The translations under genes were made by a program, and so were the position numbers. A stretch of 64,000 nt of DNA, taken from contig CM052816.1 of assembly GCA_028534125.1 (NCBI GenBank), forward strand, positions 91,018,001 through 91,082,000, given 5' to 3'. The notes beneath the pieces were generated by a model. It was not told the origin of the DNA, ran no database searches, and saw nothing but the letters and a program-made list of their open reading frames with translations. Below, piece after piece: positions 1-12,140 of this stretch; the stretch's first letter is position 1, and every line of letters starts with the position of its first letter. The DNA comes from Lama glama. Taxonomy: Eukaryota.

Positions 1-824
1 ACCTCTATGTATGTATGCCATCCACATCAAAGCTCAAGATGTAATAATGGTAATAATACACGAAGCCTGTTGAGGTCTCCACCCAGGGAGCTGCCGGCAG
101 GCAAAGGCGGGAGATGAGCATGAATCACACGCTGCTCGTTGGGCTGATGGCGTCAAGTGAGGGCGAGGAGGTGGTAGGAGGCCGTGATCAGACCAAGGAT
201 GCAGGCAGGGACAGGTGCGGGTAGACAAGGCTGGCAGCAGATGTGCAGTGAGGTGGAAAGAGGTGAGGGCCTTTGACTGGAGGGTCCCAGGCGCCAGGCT
301 GCTGGGTTTGGTCAACCCTAGTGGACAATAGGGAACTGCCCTGGGACCTTTGATGGTGACATGATGTGTGACAGCAGTGCTTTTACAAACAGTGATGTGG
401 GGTGAGATTGGAAGGGAAGAGAGAACAGGGGGATGGCGGCCAGGTAGGACGTCTTCACAGAGATCCAGGCCAGCCATCGGGAGGGACGGGCCAGGAGAGG
501 CGACAGTGGACACTGACCGCATCGTGAAATAGCTCTTTGCGAGCACATAGCTGGCAGGGAGCAGAACTGCGCATGTGGGGGGGGGCGGTGGCGGGGAGAA
601 GGGTGCGGGCTGGGGTTCGCACCTTAGTTCTGTTTCTCCAGCTGCATCATGAGGAGCTGACCAGCACGATGTGATCCAGTCTTTAAAAGCTGTGCTTGTG
701 GGCTCTGTCGCTGACCCTTTGAGCTGGAACAGTAATCCCGGCCCTAATCATACCAACACACTTAAGCGTCATCGGGTGGGAGCTTTATTTTACGTGCAAA
801 ATCTCACAGTTTTCCATCAGGCAA

Positions 825-837
825 CCACCAGGTGGCA
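825..837 (+). promoter_or_regulatory. Candidate CTCF site in last MYO10 intron
   Basis: CCACCAGGTGGCA matches the CTCF core CCASYAGRKGGCR. Confidence 0.5.
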
Positions 838-1076
838 ACGTCCTATTTGGCAAAGCCAGGATTCCCTTTCTCCCTGCCTAGGAATAGGGGAAGGCAGCTG
901 ACCTTTTGGCTTCATGCGCACGCAGCCTGCCCCGTGGATTCACACGGCGGGCTACCTACTGGCTTTTGCTGGGAGGACGGGTTGGTCTGCCGAGGTCGGG
1001 CTGAGGCCGTCTGGTTGACAGGCCCCCGCAACCTGCAGAGACTCCTGACCATGTGCCGACTCTGCTTCCCGGGCAG

Positions 1077-1178
1077 GTAGTGGACGTGGCCAAGCTCATG
1101 AAAGCCTACATCAGCATGATCGTGAAGAAGCGCTACAGCGCGTCGCGCTCCGTGAGCAGCCAGGGCAGCTCCAGGTGA
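1077..1178 (+). CDS. MYO10: Unconventional myosin-X, terminal coding exon (end of FERM domain and C-terminus)
   Basis: Acceptor ...ttcccgggcAG at 1075-1076. Translation VVDVAKLMKAYISMIVKKRYSASRSVSSQGSSR-TGA (1176-1178) matches the mammalian MYO10 C-terminus as recalled (human ...KKRYSTTRSASSQGSSR). MYO10-RETREG1 gene order is the expected synteny. Confidence 0.97.
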   Translation, partial: VVDVAKLMKAYISMIVKKRYSASRSVSSQGSSR

Positions 1179-2560
1179 AGGCGGCCGCGAGCCCACGTGA
1201 ACTCAGCGTCTCCCCGCGCCGCCCCTGGTCACGAGTGCTCAGCCGGCGCTGGCGCCTGGAGCCCGAAGCGGGGCTGCCCAGGCTTCCTGGAAGCCCCTCG
1301 TTGGAGGGAGGTGTCTCGGGGACCTTTCGCCCTGTCCCCGCCAGTGATCGTGCATTAAGCTGTCAACCTTAACCCGATTTCCAAAGCTTTACTTCTCTTA
1401 GATGACCCAGGCCTTAAAAAGAGAGGAAATGAAACCCACGCTGCCACCAAAGCAGCCAGAAGTGCCTTAACTTGTGGAACAAACGCTAATCCACCTTAAC
1501 TGTGCTACTGAAGGGAGATGCTAACCCCCCTTCTGGGGGAGACTGACTAAGCTTGGGGGTGGGGGGACAGCATTTATCCATCACTTCTGCACTAACCTCC
1601 CAGCCTGATTTCCCCTTGGCGGGAAGGTGAGGGAGTGGGGGGAGGGGGCGGAGGGAGAGCGAGGGGACAGTCTATTTTAGTTGGAGTGCTGCGGGCAGCC
1701 TTCCTCGCGGGGACATGCAGTAACTTTTTCTCTTTGTCTCATCTTTTAAGTGTATGTGCCTGCCTGTGCATGCATGTGTTCATAAACCCATCACTTTAAT
1801 CACTGTTCCACGAGCATTGAAAGCAAAGGGAAAGAGGATGTGCAATGGTGTAACGTCTACATCTGAGTGGTTCAGCATAAGAGTCGTCACCTTTCCAAGG
1901 TGGTTTTATTAAAAAACCAGAATCCTGGATTTTCCTGTCTTCGCTGTATTTCGAAAGCCCCATTTTGAGTCAACTTTTGTTTTACAGGTAGCAACATCTG
2001 CAGTCTGTGTCTGCTGTATTATAAACAGATACACAGCCTTCAAGTAACTATTTATAAACCACTCTTAAACAGCGGGCCCCAGGGCTGTTTTTAGAACTGT
2101 ATGAAGTCATTTTGGAGTCTCTAGTTTCTAAGAGATATAAGCTAAAAAATGTTTCCTTGAAGGTTAGTTCATATCACTCTGGGTAGATTGTGACATGATC
2201 ACGTTTGAATTCAGAGGAAAGATGCTGCCTTCTCTGAAAGTGGAACACGTGAGCGAATCTTTAAAGAACCCAGACATTCAATATTGAGGCTTTAATAAAA
2301 TACACACGTATTTTACCCCAAGTTTATAATGGTGGTCTGAATGAGGCCCCTGTAAATAAATCAGCATTTATGACCAGAGGAGAAATAATCTGGTCTTGGA
2401 CTTCTATTTTTATACAGAAAAGTTGTAAAGACTTAGGCCAACTAAGTCTACCCACAAAGCGAAAAGAAATTTGCCTTATCCCTGCAGACAGCCATGTGGA
2501 GTCATTGTTTGTTGGCTCAAAGTCTGACAATAAAAGATATTAGCTAACGTGCAGTATATT
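1179..2560 (+). other. MYO10: MYO10 3' UTR, proximal extent; a longer isoform may extend further
   Basis: Follows the stop codon, no obvious repeats, contains several poly(A) hexamers. Confidence 0.75.
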
Positions 2561-2630
2561 TTCTTTATTGGGCTGGCTCTGAATACCAAATGGGCTTCTT
2601 GGTGGTGTTTTTGTTGTGTTTTGGGTTTAA
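2294..2630 (+). terminator. Cluster of candidate MYO10 polyadenylation signals
   Basis: AATAAA at 2294-2299, 2355-2360 and 2529-2534. U/GU-rich tracts lie downstream of the last one (~2557-2630). ATTAAA also at 1908-1913. Confidence 0.65.
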
Positions 2631-3967
2631 TGCTTTTGGCTTCAAAGAGTCGAGGCTGTGTGTTTCATGCACTTGATCACTAGGTCTAAAAACAAACCTG
2701 TAGACATCTCAGCTGCTTTTTGAAACACAGAACGTGGCTCTAAAGAAGCTGAGAAGGTGAAAGACAAGATCAGTGAAATCACAGAGATCTAAGGACTTGA
2801 AGTGCGGATGTCAGATCATCTCCTATTGCTGAGACCCAAAATCATGGAGTCAGGGTTCTCCACCCGCTTGTAGCCCGCGTCTCCGTGAGCGGAATACATG
2901 GTAGCTTGTTGAGCACCTGACTGACCCAACGAACCAGCTGGGGCCGTGGGTCTCAGTGAGCAGCACCAGTTCCCCACCCTGGTAAGTTCCTCTTACCACT
3001 CACTCCCACCTCGGCTTGTGTCCGGGAGTGGCCTTGTCAGAGTTTCCACCATCCACAGGGTTTATTCTGATTTCACCAGATTGACATGCAGTCATTTGTG
3101 ATATTAATAGTTTTGAATGTGGCCAGTGGAATAATTCTGAATGTCTGTGCGTAGTACAGAGAAAGGCATCAATAGGAAACATGACATGACTGCAGACTTA
3201 TGTGCACACCTAGTTGATTTTTTGCTTGTTTTAATTTTTAATTCTCTTGGAAGAGAATAGGTGGGGTTTTTTCATTCAAACAGTAGGAGTAAAGTTCCTT
3301 TTCCTCCCAGCCGTGATCCCCCAATTTACCCCGCAAACAACTATTTTTTTTTACCATTTTCTTGAATATCCTTTCAAAAGTATTTCAAATATATACTCAC
3401 ATATATATCTCCATCCCCTTCTCCTTTTATGTATTTTTTTTAAAACACATAAAAGGATAAATTCTTCTGTGCTTTGCTTTATTCCCAGAATATTTTAGGT
3501 ATGATTCCACAGAGTACCTATAGAGATTCCTTATTCTTTTTTAGTGTCCCAGACAGCTTTAAAAAGTTCATTTAATTTCTCTCTAAAAAGAGTTTAGAAA
3601 TCTAAGAAAGAAAACACTTTTTTATTTATAAGACTTTTTACTCAGCACTGTAAGTTGAGATCACATGTATGCTGTAGTAAAATTCTGTATTATCTCTCTC
3701 ATCCATTGGGATCTTTGATATAGCCTGGGAAAGTTTGTCTACTGGGTATAAAAATACGTGCTTTAAAGAGCATGAAAATCCTCACCCACCGAAAGCTTAT
3801 TATCTAATGGGGAACAAAACAGGTAGATGTAAAACTAAGCTGAATCAGCATGTTTATGTCTTTCATGCAACCAAGAAAAGCACCCTGATATGCTGGAAAG
3901 TATTGGACTTGGATTCTAGGTTTGGCTTTGCCATTTTCAAAGTGTACAATTTTGATCTTTTAGGTAA

Positions 3968-4182
3968 AGGGTCAGGAAACTTCAGCCAAGGGGCCAAAGC
4001 TAACCTGCCATCTGCTTATGTGAATTAAGTTTTATTGGAACAGGTCTCTCCCCGTTGATCTGTGTGGTGTCTATAGGTGTGACTGCCCTACGACAGCAGA
4101 GTTGACCAGTTGTGACAGGACCTCCTGCAAAGCTGAAGATATTTACTCTCTGGTCCTTTATAGATAGGGTTTGTGAACCCTT
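3968..4182. mobile_element. MER58A-like hAT-Charlie DNA transposon
   Basis: Characteristic 'gttttattggaaca...cagcagagttga..agttgtgacag...atatttactctctggtcctttatag' and degenerate TIRs. Confidence 0.75.
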
Positions 4183-5048
4183 GTTTTAGGTAGAAATAGA
4201 AGTTTATCTCCTTTGTAACCAATTATTGGCAATAGTTAGAATTTTGATTCCACGTGTTAGGTAAGGAATACAGTTCCCAGTTTTGAGATGGTTGCTTCAT
4301 GTTTCTTGTCCACTATTTTAAATGATCTCCCTGACCTCCCTCCCTGCATTTCTCATCAGCACAGATTGGCTTAGCAATCACTTCTGATTTCTTCTTGATC
4401 AGTCCCCAAATTGTGATGAGAGCTTCTCCAGAACAGAAACTTCTTTCTCCCCACGTTCCAAGAAATCCAGAATAGTGCCTGCCGGGAATACTGCTTAGCC
4501 AAATGTAGTGGACCAGTCCCATCCCAGGCCCTTCAAGAAGTTGCTATGGGGATTAGACAAATGCACTTGAAGATACTAAATGGCCAAACAAGGTGACACG
4601 GCAAGGGTCAGGTGAGTTTCAAGGAAGAAGTGTTCCAGGTGCCCAAAGCAGGTAGGTCGCTGTGACTAGGATTGGGGTGGGGCACAAGCACAGGTGTGGA
4701 GGTGCAGATGGTGTGGGGCACGTGTCAGGGCAAAAGTCGTCGGAAGCCATGCTTTGGCTCCCTGGCGCTAGCCCCAGATAGCATCTTCATTGGTCGCCAT
4801 GCTTTCACGTTGATGCCCCCCACCTGCTCCCCACCCAGATATGCTTTTCTCCACAGACCAGACCCCAGAGGGATTTTCTTATGAAACACAAATCCAAATA
4901 TATCCCTCTTCTACTCGTCCCCCTTTTATCAGTCTCCTACCCAGCAGTGGGAAGGTGACCCTGGCGTTTCCTGGTGAAACCCTGTGTCTGAACTCAGGAT
5001 GACAAGAGCTGTAATTCCCAGACACCGGAGTGGAGCACTCGCCAGCAG

Positions 5049-5250
5049 CAGTGTTGGGCTGGCAGACGTTCATCAACGGACTCTCCAGGAAGAAATGGTC
5101 CCCCTTGGTATTGTTTGCTGGTTTTCATGATGGTTGTATTCCCACCGTGGCTGATTTCAAGCTCCAAGGTGACATTGCTGAACACAGAGTTGAAACAAGA
5201 TGCGTGGCGGGCTCCCTGAAGCTGGTAGGAGCCGGGTCCTGCATAGCGGG
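5049..5250 (-). mobile_element. MER63A-like hAT-Blackjack DNA transposon
   Basis: 'tcccaccgtggctgatttcaagct..gtgacattgctgaacacagagttg' matches the reverse complement of the MER63A consensus as recalled. Confidence 0.65.
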
Positions 5251-6299
5251 AGGGATACCTCAGTGCATAATTTGTCAGTAAAAATTGGCATGATCTTATT
5301 CAGAGGAAAAACCTCTAAAGGAAGTTAAAAAAAAAAAAAGGTGCTTAGAAAGCCTGAAACATTTTGAGTGAAGGAAAAATGATGTGGGATAATTAAAGAT
5401 GTTCTCAAAGTATATAATTGGTTCCTATCTTTAGTTTTCCCAGGAACTTTTATTTTCTCCTTCAAGTAATAACAGGATCAGAGCTGATTAGCAGTTTGAG
5501 ACATAAACAGGGTGTGTGGCTGCTGAGGCACCCAGGCATTTGCTTGGTGGGAACCAGTTGCCAGATTGGAGTTGTCACCACTCCCTCCTGTCACACTGAC
5601 ACACCAGGAGAGGAAATGAATTATTCCTGTAACTCTGATCTCTTGGGGGCATTGTTCTCCATGAGTTTACTTAGTGACTTGATACTGAGAAAACTGAGTA
5701 AGTCTCGTGATTAGAGATAAAATAACACCAACCATAACAAAATTTAATTGACTTTAATTTACTAAGTGTTCATTAAATTCTTGCTGTTTGGATAAAAAAG
5801 CAAAAGCACTATCTCTGTGCAGTTTACAAAGGAAACGTAAGGACTGTATTCAGAGCCTAGTTGGAAATAAAATACAGAAACAGGTGAAACAGGAGGTTGA
5901 CTGTACCATAGCGAGAGTATACAGACCATTGCATGTGTTCAAGGGTCCAGAAAACAAGAATGCAAGAAGAGTTTTCAAAGGTGAATAATGAGCCCCCAAA
6001 AATGCAGATTTGTGATAGCGTAGGCACATGCTGGTGGAACAAACAAACAAAATCCAGGAAGCAAAAGGGAGCAGAGTGTGGATTTCTAAGTAATTGCTTT
6101 TTAGCCTCTCCTTTTGCTATTTTTCCTTGGCCGTCTCTCTGACGGGACCAGTGGCATCAGCTGCCATTTGCTCAGCACATATTATGGTTCAAGCTTGGTT
6201 CCAGGCTCACTATGATCGTCTTGAGTCCTCCCGGTAGCCATGATGCAGGTGCTGGAAAACCTATTTTGTGTCGAGGATATCTGGATTTAGAAAGCAATT

Positions 6300-6820
6300 T
6301 CTTTAGCTGTAGCGGCTTTGCTGTATAACAAATCACTCCAAAATCCAGTGCCTAAGCAACAATCCTTTAATTATGATTCTCCAGGGGGAGCAGTTTGAGC
6401 TGGGATCAGCTGGACTCAGCTGGGCCGTCCCCTTGCAAGTCTCGCTCATGACTCTGCAGGGCAGCTGCAGCCAGTCGTCTTCACTGATCTAGCCTTGGCT
6501 TTCTCCTGTGGCTGGGGCCTCAGATGGGATGGTTGAGCTCTGCCCCATGGGGTCTCTCATCCCACACATAGCTAGCGTTGGCTGATTCACAGATTTGGCA
6601 AGGTCTCAAGAAAGCTAGTGGGGACAGGTAAAGCCCTCTTGAGGCTTAAGTTCAAAACTGCGCATTGTTAATTCTGCCACATTCTACTGGCTAAAGCAAG
6701 GTCCAGTGCCAGACCAGAGCCAAGAGACGGAGAAACAGACTCCATAGCTTGATGGAAGTAGCTGCAAAGTCACTCAACAAGAGGTTGGAGAATGGTGGCC
6801 ATTTTTGTAATCTCCCACAC
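6300..6820 (-). mobile_element. MLT1-class (MaLR) LTR
   Basis: 'gctgtataacaaatcactccaaaatccagtg..ctaagcaacaa' and 'ttctgccacattctactggctaaagcaagg' are typical MLT1 motifs. Confidence 0.65.
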
Positions 6821-7329
6821 TGGCTAAAAAACACAAAACGACAATGGACAGAGAATTCTAATCCAGGTTCATCTGACTCTGGAATCTTGCACTTACCACA
6901 AAGCTATACTAAAACCCAAATACTTCCTCAATATTTTATGGCCAAATCCATTCCATGTGGCATAGTTTACCCCCATCCCACCACCGCTTCCTGTAACTAG
7001 ATGTGCATTCTTAATGTAAATACATATGCCCATATCATCCTTTCTGTGTGTCTGCTCATGCTCTTCTCTTGCCTGACATGACCTTTCTCCCTGTTCATGT
7101 TTTCTTCATCCATGACCACCTGCTTCAGATCTTAATTCCTCTGCAAAGCTGCCTGTTGCAGAGACTGCTAAACATCCCCCTGATAATCTGTCCATTCTCT
7201 CCTTTTATCTTTTAGCAATAAAATTCCCCTAAGTTTTAGCTGCAGTGGATCCTGAGCTACAGAATATATTTTCTAGCCTCTCTTGCAGCTTAGGGTGTTT
7301 GGTAGTTTTAAAATACACAGCAACTTCTT

Positions 7330-7900
7330 CCCCAATGTTCATAGCAGTACTATATACAGAAGCCAGGACATAGAAACAATCTAAATGTCCACCTACAGAT
7401 GACTAGATAAAAAAAAACTGTGGTATATTTATACAATGGAATACTACTCAGTCATAAAAAAGAATAAAAGAATGCCATTTGCAGCAACATGGTTGGACTT
7501 GGAGATCATCATTCTAAGTGAAGTAAGCCAGAAAGAGAAAAATACCATATATCACTTATGTGTGGAATCTAAAAAAAAGAAAAAAGACACTAATGAACTT
7601 ACCTACAAAATAGAAACAGCCTTACAGACATGGTAAACCTATGGTTACCAGAGGGAAAGGGAGTGGGAGGGGATAAATTGGGAGTTCGAGAATTGCTAAT
7701 ATTAACAATTATATATAAAATAGCTTAAAAAAACAAATTTCTTCTGTATAGCACAGGGAACTATATTCAATATCTTGTAGTAACCTATAATGAAAAAGAA
7801 TATGAAAACAAATATATGTATGTATGTGTATGACTGAAACATTAAGCTGCACACCAGAAATTGACACATTGTAACTGACTGTAGTGCAATAAGAAAATAA
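7330..7900 (+). mobile_element. 5'-truncated L1 (ORF2 C-terminus plus 3' UTR) inserted into an MLT1 LTR
   Basis: ORF 7436 reads MEYYSVIKKNKRMPFAATWLDLEIIILSEVSQ (L1 ORF2 end). A-rich tail; ~21 bp TSD at 7309-7329 and 7901-7921. Confidence 0.92.
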
Positions 7901-7921
7901 TAAAATATGCAGCAACTTCTT

Positions 7922-8880
7922 GATCATCATCCGGTAAAAAGGTGGAGTCTCATTCCTGCGAATAAGGACCAGCCATAGTGACTCCACTTGTAATGAACAG
8001 AATGTGGCAGAAGTGATCCTGCCTGGCTCACAAGGCCAGGTCAGCTCTGCCTGCTCTTTCTCTTGGGACACACACCTTAGGCACTCTGAGCTGACGTGAA
8101 AGAAGTCCCCCTAACCTGAAGCTGCCAGGCTAAAAAGATGGGGTAAGGAGGCCACATAGAGATAGCCAAGCCCCACATGGACCATCCCAGCTGCTAGCTT
8201 TAAACCACCCTTCATGACCAAAGTCTTATCTATTGAGGCATCAGGTTCAGGCTGGAGGCCCAGGATCTTATCATCTAAATCAAGCTCTGGGGTAAATGAG
8301 GTTCCTTGGGTGGAGTGCCCGAAATACAGCTCATTGATTAAATTCTTGTTGATTGGAGGATGTATGTATGAAAGGAACAAGTCTTCTGTTCTCCATGGAC
8401 AATAATGGTACTGGCATAAGATAACTGCTGTAGACACTAATTCAAAACGGGGAAGTGGGACGCACGTTACAGTCACTAATCCGTGATATTTGTGAACGAG
8501 GGAGGACTCTGAAGATAGATCCAAGAACCCGTGGAGAATGATTCCCAGTTAGTGGAACTGAGTCCTAAGCACAGAACTGGTACCACGTCTCAGCTGGAGC
8601 TCAGAAATGCAGGAAGGAGAAATGTCAATGATTTGGGCCAGGGCACCTATTCTGGTGGCTTTAAACAAATCCACAGATTCGCTGATGACCTTCCCATGAG
8701 AAGGTGGCATCTGATTCTCCCCTCCTCTTAACAAATAGAATGTGACCAAGCAGATACTGTTCAGCTCCCAAAGCCAAGTCATGAAAAGGGACACCTCAAG
8801 CTTTTGCTTAATTCTTGAGACATGAGATTTTGGAGCCCAACAGCCCCAGTGCTGGAGAGAGATGCCTAAGGCACCGAACG
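7922..8880. mobile_element. Mosaic of MLT1-class LTR fragments
   Basis: 'gaacagaatgtggcagaagtga', 'aatagaatgtg', 'catgaaaagg' and an MLT1E-like 'gcatcaggttcaggctggaggcccagg' segment. Confidence 0.5.
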
Positions 8881-9279
8881 TCCACCAGTTAATCCTAGAA
8901 ACAAAAATGTCAGAGACAGAAGGAAATGGGTTTATAACTCAATTTATTACACAGGCAAGGAAGCTAGTCTCATCACCTCATTACATGGTCCTTCCTCTTA
9001 AATGATGCTTAGTGCAAAAGAAACCAAACTAATTTCTGAAATAAAATACATCCCTTCACGTCAAAGAGAAAGTCTCATTTATTGGTTAGTAGAGAGCCTC
9101 TGCTTGAAATGTTTATGTTGTATTTTAAACCATTTGTCCTTCTGTTGCTTGGTAAAATCATGAATTTTTTAGAAATAAATTTCTGCTGTTCTTCAACCGG
9201 AGCCTGATGCCCAGAATCCTCCATGTGAGGTGGCAAATTGGTATCTGTCATTCAGGGCACCTCTCCTTCCTCTGATTCT

Positions 9280-9570
9280 GCACAAATGACTCTTGGTCAT
9301 TCAGATCTCGGCTTAAATGTCACCTCCCTAGAGAGGCTTTTCCTCACCACTGGGTATAAAATAGCCAGTCTTTATGGCACCAGCATGTTTTAAATAGCGC
9401 TTGCCACTAAATGATATTTTCTTATCTGTTTATTGTACATCTTTTCCAGTTAGAATGGAAGCTCTGACTGAGAGCAGACATCTTTTCGTTTGTATTACTG
9501 TCACTCTGGTGACTAGAACCGTGTCTGAGCATAGTAGGTACTCAGTAATTATTTCTTAAATAAATGCAGG
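9280..9570 (+). mobile_element. L2 3' end
   Basis: 'tcattcagatctcggcttaaatgtcacctccc..agaggc' and 'tagaaccgtgtctgagcatagtaggtactcagtaa'. Confidence 0.7.
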
Positions 9571-9988
9571 AGAAATGGTGACTTTCGGTTTGGGGGCCAT
9601 CCCAGCTGAGATTCCCCAGAGAACAGAGCTCAAGGCAGAGGTTACCTGTTGATGCTTTGGGAAGTGCATTCCTGGGGCAGCAGGGATATGGGAGCGAGGC
9701 AGAGAAGGACCGGAAACAAGGCAAAGTGCCATATCACCGTGCTGGCGGCTATGAGCCACCAAGCGACCCAGCCGGGTACTCAGTGGGAACCTCTCTGTGG
9801 CCACTTGGGATGTCTCTGCCCAGGGTCTCTGGGGAAATTCTGCCTCAGAGCCCTCCTCCAGGGAGAGGAAAGAAAAGAAAATTCTCTTTCTGGCTAGGTC
9901 CTGCCTCCTGGTTCCAGTTGGTTGAATTTCCCCAGGTCAGGAGTCAGCTCCCTCACCTTTCCAGGTCATCTGGTGCCTTTAAAAACCA

Positions 9989-10468
9989 TGTAGGAAGCCA
10001 TGTCCCCCAAAGTGAGAGCCCCCAGGATGTCCCCATTCTAATCTCCAGGACCTGTGTGTGTTACCTTGTATGGCAAAAGAGTTGGCAGATGTGATGAAAG
10101 TGAGGATTTTGAGATTATTCTGGGCTATCCATGTGGGCCAATGTAATCGCGTGTCCTTATGAGGAGTAGGGAGATCCGAGTCAGCAGGAGGAGATGGGAA
10201 GGAAGCAAGAGGCTGGACTGATGCCAAGAAGGGACCACAAGCCAAGCCGAGGAATGCCGGCTGCCACTAGAGGCTGGGAGAGGCCTGGAGTGGATTTTCC
10301 CTTGGAGTCCTCAGAAGGAAACAGCCCTGCCGACCCCTTAATCATAGCCCTGGGAGCCTCACTGCAGACATCTGACATCCAGAACTGTAAAAAAATAAAA
10401 TAAACGTACGTGGTTCTAAACAACCGAGTTTGTGGTAACTTTTTACATCAGCAATAGGAAACTAATAC
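9989..10468 (+). mobile_element. MLT1C/D-like solo LTR
   Basis: 'tgttaccttgtatggcaaaag..gcagatgtgat', 'ccagaactgt..aataaa', ending 'gcaataggaaactaatac'. Confidence 0.85.
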
Positions 10469-11599
10469 TCACGCCCTGTAGGGGGAGCACTTCCTCTAAA
10501 TCTGTGGCAGGAGGATGCAGAGAGGCTAGATACAGATACAGGTAAGTGTCAAGGGGCAGAAAACTGTGGGGTTGCAGGGGGGCCCGTCAGCTTGATGCTG
10601 ACGTGAAACAAGCCACCGAGAGCCCTGGGCCGGGGGTAGGGGGGGTGCTGGCCAGGGCACCTGAGGAGGTCCATGAGAGGGACACAGCACAGGGACCTGT
10701 ATTTTAAATGACTGCTTATACTAAGAAATTGAGGACAGAGAAAACATGTATGTGCTGACTGTGTTAACATCGCATTTTACTATACTGCATTCCAGTCCTG
10801 GTAAAGAGCAACCACCCAGCTCTGTAAAACGTCCCTGGCCTCTCAGAGTGAATTGGACACATGTCACATAATCTGTGCTCTGAGTCAGACCATCAACAAA
10901 CATACCTTCAAATCTGGTAAAAATCCTTTCAGACAAACGATTTTCTTTAATGTAGATGTGATGTAGAATTTATAGAGGGCATACATTCGGGTAATTCTGT
11001 CTGCTTTAGCAAACAAATGACATTTCAACTGCCTAACACCCCTAAAGATGACTTCTCGCTTACATAACAGTCCAGCAGGGGTGTAATGTGGGGAGGCTGG
11101 TGGTTCTGATTCTGTGGTTATGGGGAGGTCCAGGCTGGTGGAGGCTCCGCCTTCCGCATGTACCTTCCAAGCTCATCTTAGGCATAAACAAACAGACGGC
11201 AGAGAGGGAGGTGCCTGGACAAGGATGTAATCTTTTCTCCTCCCCAGCCTAGAAGTGATGTCACTTCTGCTTACAATCCTCTAGCCAGATCTACTCACCT
11301 AGTGTTGCTTATGTGCAAACGATGCCCGGAAATGTAGTTCCAGGCTTTTCAGTAACAACTCTTCATTATATAAGGAGAGAGTGAAGCTTTGGTGGACAGC
11401 TAGCTGTTTTGTCACTCTGCCCTGCTGGACAAGAACTATTCATGAAGACTCTTTCTCCCAAATACAGAAAACTCTTCCCCCAGCCAAAAAGGAACACTCA
11501 AGGGACTTAACTCAAAATCCTATGAGTTACTTCACCCCAGATGCAAAACAGGAGGGTAGCCAACAAGAGATTGCTCAACCTGGACAATCAGAGGAAGTC

Positions 11600-12140
11600 A
11601 AGGATGAATGATCAGGAAACTAAGGGGCCACCACCCCAGTGAAAAGTCACAACCCCTTGCCCAGTTTCCAGACCTGAGCCAGTGTTTGGACCAGGCCCAC
11701 TGACTAAAGAAAAGACTGTGTCCCCAGTAGGCAGAATCTTGCATGCAACACCACACAAGTGTATGCGGTCCTGGGTCTCCCAGTCCTTCCTCATAGGGAC
11801 CTTCGTGGGAAACTGCACGCTGAAGATTCCCCAAGCACTCTGATGACTACTGGACAAGGTCTTAGTCAACATGAATACCCAGGGACACCAGTCATCATCC
11901 CAGGCCTCTGTTAGAGCAGGGGAATAAGTGGAGACCTGGTCCAGATCCAACCTGCAGTATGTCCACCGTGTCTGTGGCTCCAGCGGGTGGTCATTTCCCT
12001 AGACCCCAAATGTACAATGGAAAGTGACATGCTTGGTGGTGGCACAACCTCACATTGGTTCCTTGGCTTAAGGTCAGACTACCATAGTGCAGAGGGCCTG
12101 GGAGAATGCTCTGAAATGAATCTCCTCCATGGCCAAGAGA
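11600..12140 (+). mobile_element. Decayed ERV-L/MaLR internal gag-protease relic
   Basis: Frameshifted remnants QFPDLSQ (~11662), LLD (11847-11855; ERV-L GLLDTG), IPG/D and VVISLDPKC (~11987; ERV-L VVISPVPEC) occur in the expected order. Confidence 0.65.

Noticed and set aside
34..546. 170-aa reverse-strand ORF in the MYO10 intron
   Set aside because: No recognisable domain; antisense intronic and partly old-repeat-like.
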